The translations under genes were made by a program, and so were the position numbers. From Blastocystis sp. Blastoise (Eukaryota; Protista; Bigyra: Opalinata), in NCBI GenBank assembly GCA_039096225.1, contig JBBPEB010000015.1:1984001-2048000 (forward strand): DNA of 64,000 nt. Reading direction: 5' to 3'. The notes under the pieces are model-generated. The model searched no databases. It was given only the letters and a program-made list of their open reading frames with translations, and had not been told where the DNA came from. The first letter of the stretch is position 1; the number at the start of each line of letters is the position of its first letter. This document shows positions 17,601 to 38,861 of the stretch, in pieces.

Positions 17601-17887
17601 CTCATGAATTATCTAGATAAAATGATTAGTAGGTATTGTGTTGAAGAAATATAATAATGGCTTATATTAAAAGAGAGGTATATATTATATATATATTAAT
17701 ATAAACCGTATACTTTTTGTGATAAGATGAGTTGCATGATCTGCCTTATAATATCACCATTTTCTATCTCAATTGGTGTATTCTCATTATTTAAAGAAAT
17801 ATTCACATTGTTGATTTCATCTGCAATCAAGGTAGTTGATCTATGATAAGTGTCATGTCTCTCAGATAATAATGTTGCTATGATCAT
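14636..17887 (-). CDS. CACTA/En-Spm transposase (TnpD/Tnp2-like), ~1026 aa, 3 exons
   Basis: Exons 17887-17714, 17612-17273 and 17202-14636 splice in frame via GT-AG. Motifs: CNKC...CSNPIC zinc finger, PLIPRLQ, VTTDG (D), FGDSAAL (D), YPCRFC, PLDTMH, HSIQHL and KSESY (E). Confidence 0.9.
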
Positions 17888-18085
17888 TAATGTTATTTCT
17901 TATTTTTATATCTTACTATTTATTCCTGATTTCTTCTTATTAGATATCTTATGTCTATAATTATTCATTATAACAAATACTATGAAAAATGTTTATTAAA
18001 AAAAATAAAATTCATTTCTTCTGTAGAATTTTACTGATTATTATCACGGTTTTCATATATATTTTTTTCTTTTACTTTCTTTTTC

Positions 18086-18872
18086 ATGGAATCATCTACT
18101 TTATCTTCATTAGAAAGAAATAAAATTGATAGTCTTCAAGAAGATATCTATAAAGCTATCGAACATTATTTTAACGAATTAAAAGGTGAAGAGACAAATG
18201 GTATTTCAATTTAATTCTTTGGTAATAATTATTTAGAAAAGACTATTCGTTGCTCAGATGTTTTTATAGAATGTGAGGCTATGATAAGAAGACTTTCCAT
18301 TAAAAGAGATATTCCATTTAGAAACAAGAAGTTGAATTCAAATAAATTAAAAGTATTTATTGTATACATATATAATGTTTAATTCAATAGACTATAATAA
18401 AGGTAATTCCTTTTTGCTTACCTGAAGCTATACGAAAAAATGCAAAATCCATGTTTACATTAAAAAAGAATAATATATGTTTAGATCATGAGTCAGAGGT
18501 CTACATATATATTTGTCGTCTTGCTCGTCTTTATTTGCATACATATGAGAAACAAGATAATTATAGTGATGAAATTATAATGGTTTGTGTTCGTGAATGT
18601 ATTACTAATCGTCGTCGAAAAGGCTCGTTTCCTCAATTCTTTGGGTTTCATTTAGATAGAGAAATAGAAATACATGACTCAGGATCCTCTGAGATTGTAT
18701 GCTTTTATACGTTTCTTTTATCATTCTTTTATATAATATTCTTTATTTTTAGTTTGGCAAATGGATTCCAATTAGTCCTTTTCCAAATACAAGTTCTTAT
18801 ACATATATACATTATGAAACAATAATAAACAATTTGCAGAAATGCCAAGAGATTCTACCATTCTCAGGATAA
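18086..18872 (+). CDS. Second transposon gene (218 aa, 4 exons), divergent from the transposase; unknown function
   Basis: Exons 18086-18200, 18237-18352, 18391-18696 and 18753-18872 join in frame with GT-AG introns of 36, 38 and 56 nt; ATG to TAA with no internal stops. Confidence 0.7.
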
Positions 18873-19838
18873 ATCTTTGAATTATTCTATTTTTCTTTAT
18901 TCCTTTATTCTATTTCATAATGATTGGCTATTTATCTTCTACACTATAATTCTTTTGATTTATATTAAAATGATTGGCTAAGTATTTTTAATAGAATATA
19001 TTTTTATGCTGACTTTATTTTTTGTTTTACACCATACATTCATATTTTATTTTATTGCTTTGTTTATCTCACAACAAAAATATCAATGAACATATTCAAT
19101 AACTATACTCTTTGAAAATGTATTTTACTTTTAAACAGTATTAAAGTATTATTGTGTCTAGGTGTCTATCAATTTTCGAATCAATTATCTTGTTAATGTA
19201 TATAATGTTGTAAAATATCATAACATCTTTTTATATAGAATGTCAGGTGTTTGATTATTCAAGGGTAGCAAGTATTTTGTTTCGTATTTCTATAATTCTT
19301 TGTTACTATTATTTAATTAACTATCAATATCCCTTTCTTTAGTTGCTTCATATAAATTGTAACGTGCATTGAAATGACAGCTATCTTTAACGATGTGAAT
19401 TAGGTATGTATAACTATTTATTGATTTGAATAATTCTAACTTATTTTTTTTATATAGAGTATTTATAGACAGAAGTAATTACCACCAGTAGATAGATTTA
19501 AAAAAATGTTTTAATGTTATTTCACAATTAGAATTTATTTACAATTTACTCGTTTTGTTTTCTAATTTTTGTTATAATGGTTAAAGCCATAGTTGCGTAT
19601 AGAGTAGTTTATGAAAATAACAAAGATAAATTTAAATCATTAAATAGTTTTTAAATTAATTATTCAAAGAGCGACCAAAAATAATCATCGTGTATATACT
19701 AAAAATCTTCATTGGGTTTTTTTATGCTTTTTGTTGTTTATTCTGTGGAGGGTATTTTTTTCCTTGTTTAATTGTTCTGAAAAAATCTTAAATCCAAAAA
19801 GCAAAACGTGACAAAGAAGGCCATTTTTATTCATGGAA

Positions 19839-19851
19839 ATCGCTGATAGTG
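19839..19851 (-). repeat. Right terminal inverted repeat (followed by TSD TGT)
   Basis: ATCGCTGATAGTG, reverse complement of 6234-6246. Confidence 0.93.
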
Positions 19852-20173
19852 TGTTGTTTTCTTCTTTTTTAAGGAGTCATCCTGATAAAAGAGATTCAAT
19901 GTTATTTCTTAATGATAGAACTCGTAGGTCTCATCTTATCATAATATTGAAATAAAAATTTGCATTTCGTTTTCTATTAGTTTTTGAAATGACATATAAA
20001 TATATACTAAATATTTATTATTCAACGGGATAGTACTTTGATTATTTGTTTCAACATAAGAACAACAAAGATGGAAAATAGATGGCTCTGAAAGGCATAT
20101 TAAAATAGAAAAAATAATAATTATACTAAAATACGCGAAATGCGAGGAAAAAAGGAAAAATATAAAAAAGGTC

Positions 20174-20977
20174 TCAAAAGGAAGTATTGCATTTTGAAAT
20201 GTATAGATAGAGAAGTGTTTCATTTGCTTTATACTTATCGAGAATAGATTGTTCAACTTGTTCGAATCTGTAGTCAAAGTTCCATTTCTTTATATGTTTT
20301 TTGAGACAGTATAACGAACTATAATGATTTACAAAATAAATTAATATAATAGATACTATAAATAAATATAGTTACATACACCCGTTCTTGGATCACAAAA
20401 AGTGTTTGAAGTTTTGGAAATACAGAAAAATAATAAGATAGTGTACATAAAAGATCATCAAATACTATACATATTTTATTATTTCAATATGATTTTAATA
20501 TAAGAACATACGTTTGCTGTCGTAGAAAATATCAGAACCAATGATCCAATCAAGCGCTGGAATTTGACACATATTTGAAGCGAAATGACCCCAATTTAAT
20601 GAGAACTAAATGAAATAAATAAATAATAAATTGATAAAACATATTTAAATAGATCATACGATTGAACAAGATTCATAGATATTATTTATAATACAATTCA
20701 TTTCACAAGTCTTCAGTAAAGTTTCAGGATTATCCTTATCTGTTAAATACACACGTGCACCAACTTTAGCTGCGACTATTCCAGATAGGCCTGGTCCACA
20801 TCCTAATTCTAGAATATGTTTTCCAGAAAAAAATGTAGACTTTGATGCAATATAATCCGCCATCACTTGGCCTGATGCCCATACACAAGATCCAATGTTC
20901 TCATCATATGTTTGTACAATTGGAATTGTTACGTTCTTTCCATAAATTGAATAGACATAATCTTGTTGAGTCGTCAT
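20174..20977 (-). CDS. METTL23: METTL23-like SAM-dependent protein methyltransferase (Methyltransf_16 family)
   Basis: GSCVWASG, HILELGCGPGLSGIVAAKVGARVYLTD, L-WG and WIIGSDIFYD motifs; three short introns; TGA at 20174-20176. Confidence 0.75.
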
Positions 20978-21547
20978 TTTTTAATATAGATACAAGAAGG
21001 AGACAAACTATTAGACTACAATTAATAATTTTTATGTAATATTATAACAACTAATCAAAACAAAACAAAAAATAATAATTTGCTCGAAAAAATTGGTCAA
21101 ACTATAACCAAAATTCTAAAATCTCGTAAATTAGTTCATTTTAATTACTTTTGTGTATATTTCATTCTATTTTTATGATTTATACATTTTTTTAAATCAG
21201 ACACATAGTTATAATTGTATCTTGCATTCATTATCGCTATTATGTTGCTAAAGAATGGAAATATATGATTTATAAATCACTTTCATTAAAAAATAATATT
21301 TATTAATGATTGCTACCATATAACTATTCATAAAAAAATGATAATTTTAAACTAGAATTAAATCAATTGAGTAACCATTTGTTTTGAATAGAAACAAATT
21401 CAATATTTGAATACAGGCTGCTCTTTATAAGTCGTAAAACATATGATATGAGTCAATTAACACTTTATAAAACATTATTCATAAAACTTCCAGCTTAAGA
21501 ACACATCACTATTATCAAATAGAAGAAATTATTCTTTTAATCAGAGT

Positions 21548-21619
21548 AGCACCTTGGCGCAGGGGAAGCGCGTTGGGCTCATAACCCAAAGGTCCGTCGA
21601 TCGAAACGATGAGGTGCTA
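21548..21619 (+). tRNA. Initiator tRNA-Met (anticodon CAT)
   Basis: AGCACCT/AGGTGCT acceptor stem with A1-U72; TTGGG-CTCATAA-CCCAA anticodon arm with three G-C pairs; GATCGAAA T-loop typical of eukaryotic iMet; T-run terminator follows. Confidence 0.95.
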
Positions 21620-21859
21620 AAATTTTTTCATTTTTTTTATAGTTTTTAATAATTTTTTATTCAATTGTTTTTTTTAACATAATAAGATATAGAACTCTGT
21701 GATTCGATTTGAATTAATGGATATTGTTTGTTAATAAATGATAAAAGTTGCCTTTACGATACTAATTTCCATTTGCTTTGTTTTGACACATGAATAATTG
21801 AGTAATTTGGTTCTTTATGATATTAAAAGAATTAGTAACATTCTCCGAAAGTAGATTTA

Positions 21860-22696
21860 TTATGTATGCTGGATTGTTGATAAAAATGTGTTTCTAACAT
21901 ATATTAGATATCTTTTGAAAAGTGTAAGAAAAGTCTAATTAATAAGGATATTTTATCTTTATATCATATATTACAACGTTTACAACAAATGATAGAAAGA
22001 AAGATAAAAATAACCAAAACTATAAATGAATACAGTGCTAGGACTATACATCAAATAGAGCAAGAATTTGTTTAAAATCTGATTCTGTTTTATTTGTTAA
22101 ATAAGGAGAATAGTTAGCTGTAGTAACATACAGTAACTGTTGATTATAATTAGTAAAAAATATTCTTTCATACATTTCTTGTTTCATCATAGTTTCTTTC
22201 GTTATTTCTTGTTGTAGTGTACTTAAACATTTCAATATATATTCGAAAGAAATCAGAGAATCTTCAGGTATAATTTCATCTTCATCATCCGTATTTGATA
22301 ATAATATCATAAATTCTCGTATTTGCCGAATTAACAACTGATTCTGTTCATTCTTTAAATAGATATAATCATAACTTTGCTTAAATTATGTTCATATTTA
22401 AATACCATCTTTAATATGTGTTTTTGGAGAAATGAGTATTTTGCATGAATCTCTTTGAATATTTTTTCATTAAGATTATTTTTTATTCTTTCGCAATTTT
22501 TGAAAGGACCCCAACAATCAGACTGAGAATATCTGCATATAATATATACAAATGCATGAGAAACAATAATATCTTACGTAGACAAATTCAATTCGCTCAT
22601 TATATCACTTAATGGAGATACAAATGATGCATTAACTTTTTTCCATTCAGAAACTGTTTCTTCGATCTCACTCAGTTTTTCTGTTAGTTCACTCAT
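21860..22696 (-). CDS. Hypothetical helical protein with a C-terminal hydrophobic segment
   Basis: ATG at 22696 (MSELTEKLSEIEE...), short GT-AG introns, coding exon 22337-22050, predicted FWLFLSFFLSFVV segment and TAA at 21860; exon model tentative. Confidence 0.5.
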
Positions 22697-22947
22697 TGCT
22701 GTTATTTATATATAAGATGATTAATTTGTATGTATATGTAAAGGAATAAGAATTATTGTATTTACATAAAAGTATTGGAATTATACTGTGTCTTTCAGAA
22801 AGTTCCGTGATTCTGGTTGTTTCTGGTTTACAAAGGGTAAACAGTCTCTTTTCTAAAATAATATTTTATGCCTTTATAGAACAGTTTGTGCTAAAACAAA
22901 TTGTTTTTTAAGTGTTTAAATAATATAGTTGATACAATCTAATAATA

Positions 22948-25734
22948 ATGAGCCAGTCACAATCAACAGGATTATCATTAGATGCTCTTGTAGGGTCTCT
23001 TAAGAAGACGGACAATTTTGAAGATATTCACAATCAAGTCCAAAATCTGAAGAAAGCTAAAGAAGAAGTTAAAGCTCCATTACCAAAAATCGTAAGAGAA
23101 AAGATTGAAAGAAAAGTTGCTTATGGTGAGACAGCAAAGAATGTTAGTTTATGGACTGGAATAGTTAAAGAAAATCGTGAAGCTACTCAACTCCGTTTTG
23201 CAGATGTTGCTTCTGAACGTCCAACTTTAACTCCTGCAGCCTTAGTATCCAAACACCAATCAAAAACACCACTTGAAAAAGAAGTTGAAGTTATTTTAAA
23301 AACAAGTGGTATGAATGATAAGAATATTCAAAAGAAAGAAGAGGACGAATTAAAAGAACATAAAATTACCCCTAAAGAAGTATATATAATGATTTTGAAT
23401 AGTTATATTCTATTTTATTCTATATATATATATATTATTTATAGATGCAAGAGAGATTAAATGAGTTACGTCAAATGAAACAGTTATTATTTTATAATGA
23501 ACAGAAACAAAGACGTGTAAATAAGATTAAAAGTAAGAAATACAGAAGTATTAAGAAGAAGGAAAGATTAAGAAAAGAAGAAAAAGAAAAAGAAGTATAT
23601 ATATATGCTTATTTTTTAGTATTTTGTTTTGTAAGTATTATTGAATTTATATATATATATATATAGTTACGTCGCGAAGCTGATCCTAGTTATGTTGAAG
23701 AAGAAGAAGAAGAAGAAGAGAAACGACGTGTGGAAGAACGTATCTCTCTTAAACATAAGAATACTTCCAAAGTATATATTATATTATATACTATTCTATT
23801 ATGTTATATACTATTATATTTGTTATATACTATATATTATTATATTATATTATATTATATTATATATTATTATATACTATACTATTATATTATATTATAT
23901 TATATTATATATTATTATATCATATAGTGGATTCGTCATCAACTTCAACATGGTGGTCAACAAAATCAATCTATTAAGGTATATATATATATATTATACT
24001 CTCTTCTATATATGACTCTATTATGATTCTATTTATTATTCTATAATTATTATATATAGGATGCTATTAATGAACAATTGAGAGAGGGTGAACGTCTCAG
24101 CAAAAAGATGGATTCAAGACATGATCATGTATATATTTTTATTATATTTAATATCCTTATTTTATATTATATATATAATATTTATTATATTTATTATACT
24201 TATTATATATATTATATATATTATATTGATTCTATTATTATATATATAGAGTGAAGATAGTGATAGTGATATAAATAGTGATGAGAACTTAGAGGATTAT
24301 ACCAATGACGCGCGTAATATTTTGGATGGAATTGATACTGATACTTCAGATCAAAAGAAAGGCATTTTCAAGTATGTTTATAATAGTAATAGATATTATT
24401 GTATATGTTATTCACGTATTATTGATATATTTTGATTATAATATATTATATATTATATATATATATATATATAGGATGAAGTTTATGCAGAAGGCTCTGG
24501 AGCGTCAGAAGAATGAGGCACGTGAACAGGTTCAATCGTTGCTTCAAGAATTAGATGAAGAGAAGAAAATGGATGAAGAATATGAAGAAGAAGAAGAGAA
24601 AGAAGAAGAAGAGAAAGAAAAAGATAAAGAAAAGAAGGAAGAAGAAGAAGATGAAAAGGAAGATTCTACACTCTCTTCAAAAGTAAATGCTTTCCAAAAT
24701 ACACTTGATACTGAGGGTATAGTTCGTCGTTCTCTGAATCCTAAGAAGAAGGTATTAGCTGTTAATGGATATATTGGTATCAATGGAGAGACAAAAGATA
24801 CTGTAGATGTTCAAGAACAAAAAGATGAGTCTATATTAATTAGTACTCCTGCTATAGAATCGGAAACTACCGATGAAGCTCCTCGTTTTAAGATGATTCC
24901 CGTGGAAAACGAGGAAGGTAAAGGAGCTCGTCTTTGGAATTTTGATATGGAAGAAAGTGATAGTGAAGAAGAAGAAGAAGAAGAAGATAAGAAAGAAGAT
25001 AAGAAAGATGAAGATGAAGATAAGAAAGAAGATGAAAAGAAAGAAGAAGATGAAAAGAAAGAAGAAGATGAAAATGTATTCTATTTTTTGTTTTTGTTTT
25101 TGTTTTTAACAACATTTTGTTATTTATTTCTAGACTTTTCTTTCTTTTCTTTATAACTATTTAATTCATTCTATTCTTTTTTCTTTTTTCTGGATATCTA
25201 TATATTTAAATAATATCTATATACCTAAATAATATCTATATACCTAAATAATATCTATATATTTAAGTAATATCTCTATATATATAGTATAATCCTTGGC
25301 TAGAAGATAGTGGTACTCACAGTTCTGGCTTATATAAAGATGAGAAGAAGAATAAGAAAGGAACAAAATCCACACAGGATAATGAACAAGAGGAAATTAA
25401 TATGATGCAAATACTTAGTACAGTTCAAGTATATATACATATATAGAATAAGATTATATATATGAAAATCAATATATTTTAATTCTAATTATTATTATTA
25501 TGATAATGAGTATTATTGTAATTATTGTATATATAGAAACAGCAGAAGAAGAAACAAGAGAGAGAAGAGAAGAAGAAACAGGCGAAGAAGGAAAATCAAG
25601 AAGAAAAAACTACTACTGATTCTAAAGATAATAAAAAAGAAGAAAAGAAACGTATATATAAATAATAAAGAATTTGTGTTAATATCTTATTTATAGCTGC
25701 TGTTAAAGGTATTTTGGATGAAGATACAGATGAA

Positions 25735-25799
<65 letters not shown>

Positions 25800-26026
25800 C
25801 TGTTATTTATTCTACATATAATAATATTCTATATATAGGATTGGAGTGCCTTATTAAATCGTGCATTTGCTGACGCAGATAATGATGAGGATTTCGCACG
25901 TGCAAAAGAAAAAGAGATTGAAGAAGAAGAGGAAGCGAAGAAACCAAAGGAGAAACCCCTCCAAAGTCAAGATGGATGGGGAAGCTGGACAGGAGAGGTA
26001 TATATATATGATAATATATATATATG

Positions 26027-26092
<66 letters not shown>

Positions 26093-26981
26093 ACAATAAT
26101 GATCCTAATGATCCTAATAATAATAATAACTTTTTAAAATAATGAGTTTATATTATATATATATATTATCTTTATTTATATAAAGGGTTCTACAGTTGTT
26201 GCTAAACCTATTCACAAAAAGAAGAAGTCTAATGCTATGCATAAAAGTATATATATATTATTATTGTTATATATAAACATATCAATATATAATTATTTTT
26301 GTATTGAATTTTTTATAATTATCTATATATAGAAGAGAAAAAGCCATATGTTGATGATTTGAAGTCAAAATTAAATAAATTGAAAGAGAAAGGAAATAAA
26401 GAAAAACAAGAATCTGATGAATCTGAAGGGGATACTAATAATATAGATAAAGAAGAAGATTCTAAAGAAGAATTCACAGAACGTAAAGATAAAAATCTTA
26501 AAAATATTATTATTAATAATAGAGTAGATAAAAAGGTATATATATATATATATTGTATTTATAGTCTATATTATTATTATTATTTCTATAACTAATTCTA
26601 TTTATAGAAGAATTGCTTTTATATAATTGTTATCTATTACTTTATTTATTCTATTATATAGGCTAAGAAATATATCTTAGAAGATGTTCCTTATCCCTTC
26701 GTATCACGTGCTCAATATGAACGTAGTATGCGTATGCCATTAGGTAAAGAATGGAATACCAATAATAGATTCCATGATCTTACACGTCCTGAAGTATATA
26801 TATATATATATACTTTATTGAAATGATACTATACTTTATTTATTATATATATATCTAACATTTATATCTGTAGGTTAAAGTTCGACAAGGTTTTATTATT
26901 GATCCTATTAAAATGACTGAAAACCAAAAGAAACGTGTCATAGAAGATCGTCAAAAGAAAACCAAAAAGACCAAAAAGTAA
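22948..26981 (+). CDS. UTP14: U3 snoRNA-associated protein Utp14 (SSU processome)
   Basis: KIERKVAY, RRVNKIKSKKYR, ERISLKHKNTSKW, MKFMQ, GWGSW and VPYPFVSRAQYERSMRMPLGKEWNT motifs across many exons. Confidence 0.92.
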
Positions 26982-27680
26982 TTCTTGTCTTTTTTTTATG
27001 CGAATCCTATATTATTTTTTGATGAGTTTCATTTATTAATTATTCTTTTCTAACTCAATGATCATGTTCTATTTTTAAAAAATTATATGTTTGTATTTAT
27101 TTGTTACTTTGTTGTTCATAATAAATAAATCTGGTTGCGTTCTTTTCAAATTTAGTTTATTACGAGAAATAAAAAATCATTTAAAAAAATTTTAATGAGA
27201 AAAATGAATTACCATTTTTGTTTTAATATATCACAATAGTTTGCAATTAGAATTCACAATTATAATCATAATGAAAGCATCATATGATTAAAGTGATTGC
27301 CCCGATCATGATTCCATTCAATTTCTCAATGTATGTGAGGATATTGATTCATTTTATTCTATAATTACAGTGAATCCTATTTATAATATAGCTCAAAAGG
27401 AAAGAAAACAAGTAAGAAAAAGGTCAAATATGAAAAAAACAAGAAAATATATAAAAAAGTTGGTGAAAATCGGAAAATGCCACGGTACTCGATTGACCTA
27501 AAAAGTTGTGGTTGTTATATTAATTTTTCTTGTATAAAAAATGAAAAATTGTTGACCACTAATTTATACAAAGAAAATTAATAGGAGAACCACTCGTTTT
27601 TCTTTTCATTTTTGCCTTAAAAACAAATTACTTTTGTCTTAATTATTGGGAGTATATTACATATATTACTAAAGCATAAA

Positions 27681-28530
27681 ATGGAAGGAAAGACTGAACC
27701 TGTTGCTGTTCAAGCTTTTGGACGTAAGGTAAATATTCAAACAGAGTTATCCTCATACCTTTTTATTTACGAATTATACATTACCTTTTTTCTCTATGTA
27801 GAAGACAGCCGTTGCTGTTGCTCACTGTAAGATGGGTAAGGGTATTGTCAGAGTCAATGGTCAACCCATTGATATCATCGAACCCGCTTGCCTCAGATTA
27901 AAAGCCATGGAACCTGTTCTCCTTCTTGGTGCTGATAAGTTCAACAAGGTTGATATCCGTGTAACTGTTCGTGGAGGTGGTCGTGTTGCTCAAATTTATG
28001 CCATATTTTAACAACAAATGTATTTTCTTATTTTTTTATTCATATAGCCATCCGTCAAGCTATTGCTCGTGCTATCGTCGCTTACTATCAAAAGTGTATG
28101 TTCAATTAGTCATATTTTTATAGATTATATAAGTTTTTTATCTTGCATCATTCTTATTATTCCTTGTATTCATTTTCCAACAGAATACATATTATATTCA
28201 ATTTTCAATACGCACAAATTCTACATACTATTTTTTTTCATTATAGATGTTGATGAAGAAAGCAAGCGTGCTATCAAAGAAGTCCTCATCCACTACGATC
28301 GTTTAGTTCTTGTTACTGATATATATTATTATTATACTAATTGTTTTCTATTTTATTTTTGTCACATTCATTTATACTCCTTTATTTAATTTGATTTCCT
28401 ATTTTTTTTTTAATATATATTTGAAATGTTAAAAATTATATTTATTATCTTTACTGATTCTCGTAGACGTGAACCCAAGAAGTACGGTGGTAATTCTGCT
28501 CGTGCTCGTTATCAAAAATCTTACCGTTAA
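27681..28530 (+). CDS. RPS16: 40S ribosomal protein S16 (uS9)
   Basis: VQAFGRK|[10 protein letters not shown]...[25 protein letters not shown]...[17 protein letters not shown]; 4 introns, two with non-canonical ends as assembled. Confidence 0.97.
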
Positions 28531-28731
28531 ACAATTATTGTTTACCTTTATGGTTTGGTGTCCTCTGTACTCCCTCTATGCTCAATTGTTTTTTGTTTTC
28601 TCTTTTTAAAGTATAAAAAATTATTTAATTTATGATTACTACAAAAATAATAACTTTATATGATATTTTGTATATATATGTATATTATCCTTAACAAAAC
28701 TCTTTTATTATTATTCAATTGACATTCATTC

Positions 28732-29312
28732 TTAAACGCCTTTATACTTATATTGCAGTGTTTCAAGATGTCTATAATGAGACCATAAATCATAATTATG
28801 GCTTAAGATAGAATAAATCATAATAGGGAACACGAGGAAGATAATAGGTAATAAAGGATAACCAGGATATCCACTGAAGTATTCAATAATATATGTAAGG
28901 AAAGGTACACAAAGCGCAATAAGAATTGTAACGTTGTAATATTTGAGCCATAGTGATATGAGAGTAAAAATAGAAACGATTAAACAAGTAATAAATGAAT
29001 CATTGAACATATCTGGATCATATTCTTTATATGTTGTGAAATAAACAAGATTGTGCAATGCACCTCCATCCTCTTCATATCTTAATCCAAATATCAAACA
29101 ACCAATAGTAATTAATAACAAGATGGAAAAGATAGTCTAAATAAAATTATGAATATTAACAAAATAATTAAATATAAGTAATCAAATACTCTTAGTGTTT
29201 TTTGTTGTGTTGATAAATCCTCACGAAGGGCAGTTAGTAATTCACTCTGATCAGACTCATCAAGAGCATCTGTATCATCGAGTTTCTTATATATTTGACG
29301 TTGACGACTCAT
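28732..29312 (-). CDS. Small multi-pass membrane protein of unknown function
   Basis: Two exons: N-terminal LDESDQSELL helix, several hydrophobic segments, C-terminal LQYKYKGV. Confidence 0.65.
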
Positions 29313-29731
29313 CTTAAATGATAAATTATTTTTTTAAAATTCGTTTTGTTTTGCTTTTTAAATAACTTGGATATATCTTTTCGGTGCTAACGTTGTTCAA
29401 TGAAAAGGAATATATTCGTAGTACATGCTAAAATAAATAGAATGTATATATATATTTTTTAATATTGACAACATGTTTTTTAAAGTATCATAAATTGTTG
29501 TTTATATTTACGTTTCTTTAGTTCAAATATTTAGAACTCATAAATTATATATAATATTTACAAGAAAATTGTTGGCAAAATGAGGTTAGAAAAAAATGTG
29601 TGAATCCAAATTATTTTTTATAACAAAGATAATATTATATGTATAATAAAATGAGTTGTTAATCAATAACAAAACGAAACCAAGTGAGACTAAATGATGA
29701 TAAAATAATAAAGAATAAAAATGATAAAAAA

Positions 29732-38861
<9,130 letters not shown>

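Larger units (their letters stand above)
6234..19851. mobile_element. Full-length CACTA (En/Spm, CMC superfamily) DNA transposon, 13,618 bp
   Basis: Left TIR CACTATCAGCGAT at 6234-6246; right TIR ATCGCTGATAGTG at 19839-19851; TGT on both flanks (6231-6233 and 19852-19854); encloses a CACTA-type transposase. Confidence 0.93.

Noticed and set aside
19939-20277. 112-aa - strand ORF
   Set aside because: Out-of-frame overlap with the last METTL23 exon and its 3' UTR.
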